This document shows positions 1-9,830 of a stretch of 43,549 bases of DNA, one piece after another (the first letter of the stretch is position 1; every line of letters starts with the position of its first letter). The position numbers and the translations under genes were made by a program. This DNA is from Octopus bimaculoides (lineage: Eukaryota). The notes below the pieces were generated by a model that was not told the DNA's origin, searched no databases, and saw only the letters and a list, made by a program, of their open reading frames with translations. The stretch lies in NCBI RefSeq assembly GCF_001194135.2, contig NC_068994.1, forward strand, positions 38,481,877-38,525,425, given 5' to 3'.

Positions 1-104
1 AAAAACTTGAACTCAGGACGCAAAGATCAAATAGTATCAGCTATTCAATCAGGCATCATACTGGTTCAACATCTTCCTACCATTGGTTTCTAAATGTTTT
101 AGCA

Positions 105-427
105 TTAATTATGTGGTGTAGAGAGAGGAGACACCTGAGATAATGAAGGTACCATTGGTAGTGTTGTAACTTTAGGTACAGCTGGTAGAGGTGGTTTACA
201 ATTTGAAGTAAATTCACTTGTCATTGGTACTAAAGATGGTTGTTCGGTTATGTTAGATGTGGTCCCAGTTATAGTCAAAGGTATTTGGTCAGGATAACAG
301 GGAGTGTTATTATCGACATTAGGTTGATAGCGATACCCATTGTTGTTATCTCCCCTTGATCTGTTGAGTGTATGTGAAAGTTGATTTCTTCTATTCCATG
401 TCTGATCACTTTGGTAACGACACAGAT
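105..427 (-). CDS. Protocadherin copy A, terminal coding exon (proline-rich cytoplasmic tail, DLCRYQSD...PLSTPHN*)
   Basis: Acceptor tacttgcag|AT at 427, phase 1, joins the CCA G of the 151-nt exon to give GAT. Open to TAA at 107-105. 323 nt, homologous to five other copies. Confidence 0.88.
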
Positions 428-1130
428 CTGCAAGTATATTGATTTATAAATTATCTTATTCAAATTCTGTGAAAGACGAATTAAAGTGAAACTTTTAATT
501 ATATCTTTAGAAACTGGAAAAATTTAAATATCCATACACTTTAAAATAAATATATATGCATCTTCTTTACTTAAAAAATTTAACTATTGTACTAAATGTA
601 TATATGTATATTTAATGTAATGCAACAAATTTCGTCTGTCTGTCTGTCTACCTACATACTATTAAAACTGATTGCTTACTTGCTTGTCTGTAATTTAATA
701 CAGTCATACTGGTGCATAATGGGAAAATACTATGAATTAAGGTACACCTGAAATGTGAATACAAATGGACCACAGATTCCTGAGATAAGGGGTTTTTGGG
801 GTATTCATGAATACCCAAAACAGTGCATATTGGGAAAATACTCCGAAAATAATATAACCTTGAAAAGAAAGAAACTCTAATCTTTCAATTAGAGATATTA
901 TGATCAATGTCTTCTGTATTTTGAAGACAAACTTCATGAACTGGGCAAAAGTCTTAATGCCTTTAATTTCCCAATGAAAAAATACGAGTTGTTTTTACAG
1001 TAAATATTTCTATTTTCCCTTTTATTAAACACATTATAAGTTGTTTGTACTGTCAGTATTTATATTTTAACTTTCTTTAAACAGACAATATTCTAATTTT
1101 TTTAAAAGCATTTTTGGTAAACATTTCATA

Positions 1131-1735
1131 AAGGACCCATTCATATCTCAGTGTGAAATGATTTTTTCCCACAGGTTTTTCGAGTTCATTCAACATATCT
1201 CACCTTCAAACTCGCTGTAAGCCATTTTTTCCCCTGGAAAGAAATGGGTGGAGGGGTGGTGAGGACCTCAGAGATTCCTGGGATTTCATGGATTGTCTTT
1301 TTTCTTTTCCAAGTTATTTCATATGCTTTCAACGAATGTGACATCGAAATCACATGTAAACAGCTACTTTCCCCAGAAAAGGAAAGATTTGGCTGCTATT
1401 TATAGTACACCCTGCTGTCACGTAACAGCAATTTGTGATTAAGGATCCAAAATAACTTACGCAGAAACAGGTTGTGCTAGAAATAGCAGCCAAATCTTTC
1501 CCCTTCGATGTCACATTTGTTGAAAGCATGTGAAATAACCTGGAAAAAAAAAACAAAACAAAAAAAACATGCAAAACAACTTCATTGGTGGGAAATTCTG
1601 AAGTCTCCACCATTCCTCCACCTGTTTCTTTTCCAGAAGAAAGTGGCTTGCGGCAGGTTTGGAGGTGAGTTACATTGAATGCACCTGCAAAACCTGTGGA
1701 AAAATTATTTCATGCCAAAGTATGAATGGGTCCTT
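1131..1735. mobile_element. Fold-back / MITE-like non-autonomous DNA element with long imperfect inverted arms
   Basis: taaaggacccattcata (1129) is the reverse complement of tatgaatgggtccttta (1721-1737). The arms stay alignable inward to about 1412 and 1464 (e.g. ggaaagatttggctgctatt vs aatagcagccaaatctttcc). Confidence 0.75.
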
Positions 1736-1762
1736 TACAAAATATTTACCCAGAAGTCTACA

Positions 1763-1975
1763 TGAGGCTCCAATCTGATTTGGCAGAGTTTCTACAGCTG
1801 GATGCCCTTCCTAACGCCAATCACTCAGAAAGTGTAGTGGGTGCTTTTATGTGCTACCGGCACGAAGGCCAGTCAGGCGGTACTGGTAACGGCCACGCTC
1901 AGAATGGTGTATTTTATGTGCCACCCACACAAGAGCCAGTCCAGGGGCACTGGCAACGATCTCACTCAAAAATCC
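1763..1975 (+). mobile_element. Interspersed repeat fragment (ctacagctggatgcccttcctaacgccaa family) with a degenerate internal ~65-bp duplication
   Basis: GC-richer island. The same core motif recurs inverted at ~6990-7010 and direct at ~11620-11650. Confidence 0.6.
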
Positions 1976-2237
1976 TTATACATGCTACTGTGTAGATATT
2001 TTAGTTAATGATGTCAGACAATATAATCAAGACTGTGGATAGAGAAGTTGGCTCTAACAATGATGAATTTGACTATAATGAGGTTGATAATACAAAATTT
2101 AAGGGGGAAAACACTGTCTGTGTATCTGTGTGTGTATGTATAAAAGACTTTTCCATTTTTCCTTAGTATTAAACCTGCCTAATGTTCCTACACCTGTCTT
2201 TGTCTGTTTTCTATAAATTTGAACTTTATATATGAAA

Positions 2238-2380
2238 GTGAGGGTGTATAGCTTAGTGGTTAGGATGCTGAATTCATGATCTAGTGACCATGATTTCAAT
2301 TCCTATACTGGGTGGTGCATTGTGTTCTTGAGCAAAACATTTCATCTCACATTGCTTTGCAATCACTGTACACCTGTTCA
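2238..2380 (+). mobile_element. Degenerate tRNA-derived SINE
   Basis: A-box-like tagcttagtgg and B-box-like gatttcaattcc, followed by tgtgttcttgagcaaaacatttc, which resembles SINE core domains. Confidence 0.55.
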
Positions 2381-2406
2381 GATGATGTCAATTTGATGGA
2401 GAAAGG

Positions 2407-2940
2407 AGGCGCAGGAATGGCTGTGTGGTAAGTAGCTTGCTTACCAACCACATGGTTCCGGGTTCAGTCCCACTGCGTGGCATCTTGGGCAAGTGTCTTC
2501 TACTATAGCCACGGGCCGACCAAAGCCTTGTGAGTGGATTTGGTAGACGGAAACTGAAAGAAGCCTGTCGTATATATGTATATATATATATATGTGTGTG
2601 TTTGTGTGTCTGTGTTTGTCCCCCTAGCATTGCTTGACAACCGATGCTGGTGTGTTTATGTCCCTGTCACTTAGCAGTTNNNNNNNNNNNNNNNNNNNNN
2701 NNNNNNNNNNNNNNNNNNNNNNNNNNNNNNNNNNNNNNNNNNNNNNNNNNNNNNNNNNNNNNNNNNNNNNNNNNNNNNNNNNNNNNNNNNNNNNNNNNNN
2801 NNNNNNNNNNNNNNNNNNNNNNNNNNNNNNNNNNNNNNNNNNNNNNNNNNNNNNNNNNNNNNNNNNNNNNNNNNNNNNNNNNNNNNNNNNNNNNNNNNNN
2901 NNNNNNNNNNNNNNNNNNNNNNNNNNNNNNNGTATATATG

Positions 2941-2971
<31 letters not shown>

Positions 2972-3182
2972 TTGTGTGTCTGTGTTTGTCCCATCACCAT
3001 CGCTTGACAACCGATGCTGGTGTGTTTATGTCCCTGTCACTTAGCAGTTTGGCAAAAGAGACCGATAGAATAAGTACCAGGCTTACAAAGAATAAGTCCC
3101 GGGGTTGACTTGCTCGACCAAAGGCGGTGCTCCAGCATGACTGCAGTCAAATGACTGAAACAAGTAAAAGAGTAAAAGAGAG
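2407..3182 (+). mobile_element. tRNA-derived SINE with internal (TA)/(TG) microsatellite, interrupted by an N-gap with duplicated flanks
   Basis: A-box-like tggctgtgtgg and B-box-like ggttcagtcc, then ttgggcaagtgtcttctactatagc. 3' tail ccagcatgactgcagtcaaatgactgaaacaagtaaaagag. Related copies at 18995, 27335, 35575 and 39552. Confidence 0.75.
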
Positions 3183-3417
3183 TGAGCTAATTTGTGGCAT
3201 GAACATTTAATTACTATAAACAAATAATTTGTGCAGGTCATTTGGCAAAAGCTGAATGCTCATTTGTCATCTTCGATGGGAAAGTCCATGTTTCACTTGC
3301 AGAAAGCAAAATAGTTCTTTCCTTGAATATGTAAGTATCTCACTGTAGTAGGATATTTATGTAAACAAATTATCAGACTATACTATATTATAGTAATATT
3401 CATTGTTCCTAACTTAC

Positions 3418-3568
3418 CTGGAAGTTCCTCATAGTGTCCAGCACTACTGACATTCCAGCCATGACCACAGTCTGTGTGAGATGATAACACTGACATTTCA
3501 CTGAAATGGTCAGTATTGTTTAGTTCTCTGTAGCCTGGGGACATGCTTTCTTCTCTTGGAAGAAACAT
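3418..3568 (-). CDS. Protocadherin copy A, 151-nt cytoplasmic exon (MFLPREES...GHYEELP)
   Basis: Acceptor cttttag|ATG (phase 0), donor CCAG|gtaagt (phase 1). 151 nt in all five copies. Confidence 0.9.
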
Positions 3569-3885
3569 CTAAAAGTAGTGAAATAAATACATTTTATACA
3601 CTAATATTTCATCCTGTAACAATTGTTTCCACAGTGTAAGTTATATTGAAACATAAAACTTATTTTTCTTTTAGACTGAAATATTCTACAAGTCATCAGT
3701 TAATTAGTATATCAAATTAAACAATAACTTATTATTTTCATCATTGAGTTTAAAACTGATCAATTAGGAATATATATACTGATTGTGCATCCATAGATTT
3801 ATCAATTATAGTGATTACATAAACTTTACCATTATGAGTGGAATTTTGAAAACATTAAATCATTTTAAATTGATAATATTCTCAC

Positions 3886-6357
3886 CTGTGGATGTCCTCT
3901 CAAAGTCAGATCATTCCATCTATCACTGTCTACTATTAGTTGCTGAGATTTTTCCCCATTTCTCTCCAATGTGTACTGAACTCCAGGAGGAACACAAATA
4001 GGGTCAAACATATATTTTGAATGTGTGTTTAATGCAGGTGTAACCTTGTGGTACATATCAACACTGTTGTTATAGTTGCTATCTGTCTGCTTCAGTCTAT
4101 GAACTATACAGATTGATATAGAGATCACTATAACAACTGATACTATCACAGCTGCTATAACAATAACAATCATCACATTCAATTGGAGGCCATTACTTGA
4201 TTCTGTTGTTGTCTTTGAAGGGGTCTCAAATATCNNNNNNNNNNNNNNNNNNNNNNNNNNNNNNNNNNNNNNNNNNNNNNNNNNNNNNNNNNNNNNNNNN
4301 NNNNNNNNNNNNNNNNNNNNNNNNNNNNNNNNNNNNNNNNNNNNNNNNNNNNNNNNNNNNNNNNNNNNNNNNNNNNNNNNNNNNNNNNNNNNNNNNNNNN
4401 NNNNNNNNNNNNNNNNNNNNNNNNNNNNNNNNNNNNNNNNNNNNNNNNNNNNNNNNNNNNNNNNNNNNNNNNNNNNNNNNNNNNNNNNNNNNNNNNNNNN
4501 NNNNNNNNNNNNNNNNNNNNNNNNNNNNNNNNNNNNNNNNNNNNNNNNNNNNNNNNNNNNNNNNNNNNNNNNNNNNNNNNNNNNNNNNNNNNNNNNNNNN
4601 NNNNNNNNNNNNNNNNNNNNNNNNNNNNNNNNNNNNNNNNNNNNNNNNNNNNNNNNNNNNNNNNNNNNNNNNNNNNNNNNNNNNNNNNNNNNNNNNNNNN
4701 NNNNNNNNNNNNNATTTGCTGTGTTCTCCAGTGATGGTGTTCCTTTATCTTTTACTAAAACCTTAAACTCATACATGTTCTTTTCTTCTCTGTCTAGTGA
4801 CTCAGTTGTGGAAATAAATCCCACATCAGATATCTGAAATGGAAGAATATCTTTTCCATTAGATAACAAAGAAAAGGTTAATTGTCCTCCATCTCCAATA
4901 TCTGGGTCTGTAGCATTGACATATCCAACAGGGAAGTCTTTGTGTTCATTTTCATAGGTGAGAAACTTAAATACGTCCTGAGTAAACTGAGGTTGTACGT
5001 CATTTATATCAGTAACCATCAAAGAAAACTGTCTCTCTACTTTTAATGGAGGTAAACCATTATCTTGACATTTAAGGGTGAAATTAAAGCTCTTCTCACT
5101 CTCTCTATCTATTTCACCCTTGACAACAACTTTGTATTTCTTTTGAGAAATTGAGATTAGCTGCAGGTACTTATTTTGTAAATGACACTTCACTTGTCCA
5201 TTTACTCCATTGTCATTGTCAATAACTTTGACATAAGCAACGAAGCTGTGAATTTGAGTTGCTTCTGAGATGACAGCTGTGTTGCCAGTTGACTTAATTA
5301 CAAATTTGACATCAAAGTTTGGTGGATTGTTAATGTGACTGATTCCATTTATTAGAATAGGGACTGTTGAAGACATTGAAGGAATACCATTATCTCTGGC
5401 TTCAACAAATAATTTATAAATTCTTCCAAACTGAAATTTTTGCTTCAGAAACAACTCTCCTGTTGCTTCATCCAACCTAAAGCATTCTTTTATTTTATTT
5501 GGTGTTTTGGCATTATTAAAGATATAAGAAATTTTTCCATTTTCTCCTTCATCTAAATCTGTTGCAGATAGCCTCAGAATAGGTTTGTTTATTTTGTGCA
5601 TACCATTTACAGTGACATTGTAGATATTTTGCGGGAAAACAGGGGAGTTATCATTTTTATCTTCCACCAATATCTGTATATGAAATATACTTTCCTTTGG
5701 TGGTGATCCTCCATCTCTAGCAATTAATTGTATATTATATACATCTTTTTTCTCACGATCCAAGTTACTTTCCAAAATTAGTTGTAATAAATCAGTTCCA
5801 TCAGATTTTTTAGAAACAAACAATTTGAAAGGAATATCTTCATCTGCTTTCAGTCGATAAGAGAGTTTAGAATTCTGAACACTGAAATCTTTGTCAATAG
5901 CATTGGGAAGTGTTTCTGTGGTTCCTATCAAATCATTTTCATCAAATTGTATTTTAAGTTCCTTTTTTGGAAATATTGGATAATTATCATTGACATCATC
6001 AATTATAACTTTGATTTCTAATATCTTAATAAAAGAATGGCCTTGTTGAACTGCTATTTCCAATATCCTGAAACATTTCACATTATATAGACATAGAGAT
6101 TCTGCATCCAATATTGCACCTGTGTACAGTTGCCCTCCAGGTGTAACATTAAATAATTGAACAGTTCCATCAGTACTGCTCTGGAGTACATTAAATGTCA
6201 GTTTATTGCTCTCATCCTTCGTCTGGAAAAGTGTATCAGTGACAATATTTCCAATATAACTGTTTAAATCATTGTTCTCTTTCACATGGTAGATATGATC
6301 CACACACAAGTAGCAGTCAGCCAACAACAACAGCATAAGCATTAATACTGGAAACAT
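3886..6357 (-). CDS. Protocadherin copy A, large exon: signal peptide, EC1-EC6 (EC6 in gap 4235-4713), TM, juxtamembrane
   Basis: Cadherin motifs DVNDNYP, LDRE, DKNDNSP, DxD, DINDVQP. EC1 Cys-X5-Cys (LDAESLCLYNVKC). Hydrophobic TM VMIVIVIAAVIVSVVIVISISICIV. Acceptor tttcag| at 6364, donor CAG|gtgag at 3886. Confidence 0.95.
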
Positions 6358-6699
6358 TTTGAATCTGAAATATAATTTCATGCTGATATTCACAAACAAG
6401 AATTTAATAAATGTAGATAAAATATATCTTAACATTTAGTCTCATAACTCAATCACAAGTCAAATATAATTCTCACACTAGTAATAATAAATATTAAACA
6501 TACAAGTGAAGACAGAATTATGATTCTTTAATATAATTTGATTAAATTCATTGGAAATGAAAGTATATTTGAATAAAATTATATTTATGTTCTTGTCCTC
6601 CTCTTTTTAATAGCAGCATGTCAATGATTGATTACTTGGTTAACATACTAGACATACATAATTGTAAACAAAATCACAGTTTGACACTGGGAAACTCAT

Positions 6700-7080
6700 T
6701 CACCCTGTGTCGCTCTCTAGCCCACTTCTCTATTGTTCAACTTCTAAGGGTACATCTTCACACCTCATCACCATCTTTCCTTTTCCTATTGGAGTAATCA
6801 TGTATCTTCTCTACAAGACACCTGTTTTTATCTCTTTATCATATCTTAATTTCTTATCACCTGGCATATAACAACTTCCCTCAACACAACATATCCCAGT
6901 CAGATTCATGGTCCTGTATTGCCAATTTACACTGACCTAACTAGTGACAGTGCCACATAAGTGCAGCCAGTACACACTGAAATGGCAAGAGCATCCAGCT
7001 GTAGAAACCATACTACAGCAGAGACTGGAGCTTGATGCAGTACAACTCACTGGTCCTTGTGAAACTGACCATTTAATTCT
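6700..7080 (-). mobile_element. Degenerate retroelement-derived fragment in intron 1 of copy A
   Basis: Contains gagcatccagctgtagaaacc, the reverse complement of the motif at ~1790-1810. Absent from intron 1 of the other copies. Confidence 0.45.
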
Positions 7081-7774
7081 AGCATGAAAAATGAAAGCAT
7101 TAGAATGAATTCTTCTATAGATTTGCCATTATTACTAATTTTAAAATTATTATAATTAAGCATGTTAGATGTCTCATTCTGGTTTGAAGGAGTGTGTCAT
7201 AAATTCATTTCACATTCCTTTGGGTTGTTTTGAATAATATGAAGTTCATAACTTATTTAGTTTATTTAGCTTAGAATGGACCAACAACTTTCATCATGAA
7301 GGAGGCTAAATCAGAATAAAACAGCATTTTCTGACAATCCACAGGTGTCATTCTATGTGAGCTCAGTGATTTTAAGACACCAAGTCTGTTAAGGGAGTTA
7401 AGGATTCTGTAGATATTACAAGACAAGGGTACATCACTTGTATTGGTGCTACCATAATTCCATATTCTACAAAGTGGTTGGTAAATGAGTTAAGAAGGCT
7501 GCCTTAGCCTGGTCAGAGATATGGCGACATTTCCAGTGCAGGCGTCTCAATAAAATGCAAACAGTACCGTAGTTGGGACCTGGACATGAATCAAAAAGGT
7601 TTTGTTCGCTGGAATAGTGTATTCCTGGGAATGATATTTCATATTTTTAACATCAGTTATGAAGACACGACAACTCTGTCTTAAATTTCCTGGTCTTACA
7701 TATCATTAAACTTCTCTAAATGAATCTTTGGCAAACGAATAAAAAAATCATGTTGTTTAGTCCAAGCTCAGCTC

Positions 7775-7935
7775 CGACCAAGCGGACGGTGATCGAAGGT
7801 ATTCACGCTAAGAACATAAACTTTTCTCGGGGTAAAAAAAAATACGTTGTACAATGTGTGTCTAAAGACGCTAGGATGTTATACTAGGCATATTGGGCTG
7901 CTATTTCTAGCAGGTTAAAAATGACCACGTAAAAG
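7775..7935 (+). mobile_element. Interspersed repeat (ttggctgctatttctagcagg family) in intron 1 of copy A
   Basis: Motif shared with 15660-15690, 22955-22980, 31720-31740 and 40565-40595. Confidence 0.5.
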
Positions 7936-8345
7936 TCCTGCGTTACATAGTGAAGAGTAATCTCCCCTTTTTCTCATTCATCATGGCTCGACTTATCAAG
8001 TGTAAAATATTGTTGAAAATATACTTCGGTGATTTAACTATGTAACATAAAAGTACGTGTAAAACAAACGACTAACACTACAGCCTGTGATTTTTAATTA
8101 TTATTATAAGTTATAATTAGAGACTGACTCTGTAACTAAATATATCGAAAATAAAATACAATATATCTTTTAAGGAAATAAAGTTCAACAGTTTTAAGAT
8201 CAATATAATGAAATTTTCAACATAATTTTTAGTTACAAAAATGTATTATTAATAATTAACTACCGTCTTTTCTTTATCAAAATAATATTGTTATACTAGG
8301 GATATGACACTGCTATCTAGATATTGGTATATTTTTATCAAGATG

Positions 8346-8408
8346 GTGAGAGAGAGAGAGAGAGAGAGTGTGAGAGAGAGAGAGAGAAAGGGAGAAAGAG
8401 AGAGGGAG
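8346..8408. repeat. (GA)n microsatellite
   Basis: Visible gagagaga run. Confidence 0.9.
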
Positions 8409-8467
8409 ATGACCAAATATCTAAAGAGACAATTTATACAACAAAATAACATTGAATTAATGCTTAC

Positions 8468-8537
8468 CAGCAGTTGTCAATTGTTGCTGTCCTGTTTCAA
8501 TGTTCTGGTCACAAAGTTATGGTAGTAGCAGATTTCT
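8468..8537 (-). other. Predicted non-coding first exon of copy A
   Basis: Donor CTG|gtaagc at 8468/8467 at the same position as in B, C and D. No ATG inside. The 5' end is inferred from a TCAGA initiator-like motif. Confidence 0.6.
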
Positions 8538-8564
8538 GAGTAGTTAGGTATGTGATAGTGTCAT

Positions 8565-8714
8565 GTAGTTCTATCAAGTTGGTTGTGTAGTATGTAATGT
8601 GTGTTGTAGCCAATGACAAGCTGTCTATTATTCCAATGCAAGGAAACGGAAATACAACCTCCAGTTCTTGCAGTAAATGATGGGCTGACTCACAAAACAT
8701 TTCACTTAAACACA
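8565..8714 (-). promoter_or_regulatory. Conserved promoter block of copy A (TGACTCA 8686-8692, GGAAACGGAAAT 8642-8653, CCAAT 8633, AGCCAATGAC 8608-8617)
   Basis: Indel-free block present once per gene, just upstream of the first donor. Motifs match AP-1, ETS-like and NF-Y consensus sequences. Confidence 0.7.
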
Positions 8715-8779
8715 CTAATGTATTGATACACACATATACATGTATATAAGTGGAAGTTTTGGGAATGTTTAAGGCAAAG

Positions 8780-8810
<31 letters not shown>

Positions 8811-9617
8811 CTTTTAAAAATATACTATATATTCACTTCAAAGAAAAAAAGTTATTTTCTAACTTTAATAAAAGTTTCAAAACATTTTTATGTTCACTGT
8901 CACAACTTTTCCTATTGGATTAACAAATACCATACTAAGAGAATCACAATTTAAGTTACTAGAATAATATTTTAAATAGTTAATTAATTACTTGTGAAAT
9001 TATTAAGCTGATTTGAAAATACGAAATTGTGGCTCCAAATAATAATGATCATCAGCATATCAGTTGTGAAGGTATTCTGACCAATACATTTAAAATATAA
9101 TTGAATTTTATAACATCGGCATATAAATCTTGCATTATAAGTGAACTGAATTCTTTACTAATATATTCATATATCATAGTAATGTAGGTGAGCTAACAGA
9201 GGTTATTTTCTATTTATTTTATCAGATAACCATTCATGCATATTTTATTATATGCTACTTTTGAATTACTACATCTATTTTCCAGAAAAAGGACACATAT
9301 CTGGGGGCCTTTAACATATATATTTCCCCTAGAAATTTTAATCATATACATGGCTACATGTTTGTTCAGCTAACCTAAATAGATTCCAGCTAGCTATTTT
9401 ACAGATCACTTCAAGCAGAATTGTATCACTTACAGCCAGCATTTTGGTCAGCTTATTAATTATGCTTTTCATAATTCATGGATATAAATGGATTTATTGC
9501 AGATAAAAAATAAATAAGAATAAAAGTGTTTGATTTGATGAATAACTTCATCTAAACATGTATATGAATATGCATATTTAAAAAATATGAAAACGTTATG
9601 TAACTTGTATAGTAAGG

Positions 9618-9830
9618 ATTGGGAACTGGCAGAATCGTTAGTGCACCAGACAAAATAGTCACTAGCATTTCTTCTGATGCTTTGCATTCTGAGTTCAAAT
9701 GTAATTGAGGTCGATATTGTCTTCATTCCTTTTTGTGCTAATACAATAAAGTACCAGTCAAATACTGGGCAATATAATCAGCTTGCCTTTCCTTCATAAT
9801 TGCTGATTTTGTGCCAAAATTAGAAACAAA
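9618..9830 (+). mobile_element. Older tRNA-derived SINE copy (same family as 35064-35480)
   Basis: ctggcagaatcgttag ... ttctgagttcaaat ... gaggtcga ... aaagtaccagt. Confidence 0.65.

Noticed and set aside
2571-3048. Tandem SINE pair around gap 2680-2931
   Set aside because: The flanks repeat the same ~110 bp with few differences, most likely a haplotype or overlap artefact. It cannot be resolved here.
8665-8690. gcagtaaatgatgggc as a CTCF site like the vertebrate CSE
   Set aside because: Only a partial match (about 8 of 12) to CCAGTAGATGGC, missing the key C and G positions, and there is no CGCT core. Not supportable without a PWM scan or ChIP.
8509-8733. Recurrent 70-80 aa minus-strand ORF (ESAHHLLQELE.VFPFPCIGIID...) at 8509, 16252, 32325 and 41122, as a possible conserved micropeptide
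   Set aside because: There is no shared ATG (the track uses GTG/TTG starts). Copy C has an in-frame TAA just upstream, many differences are non-synonymous, and the region is better explained as the promoter block. Ribosome profiling could overturn this.
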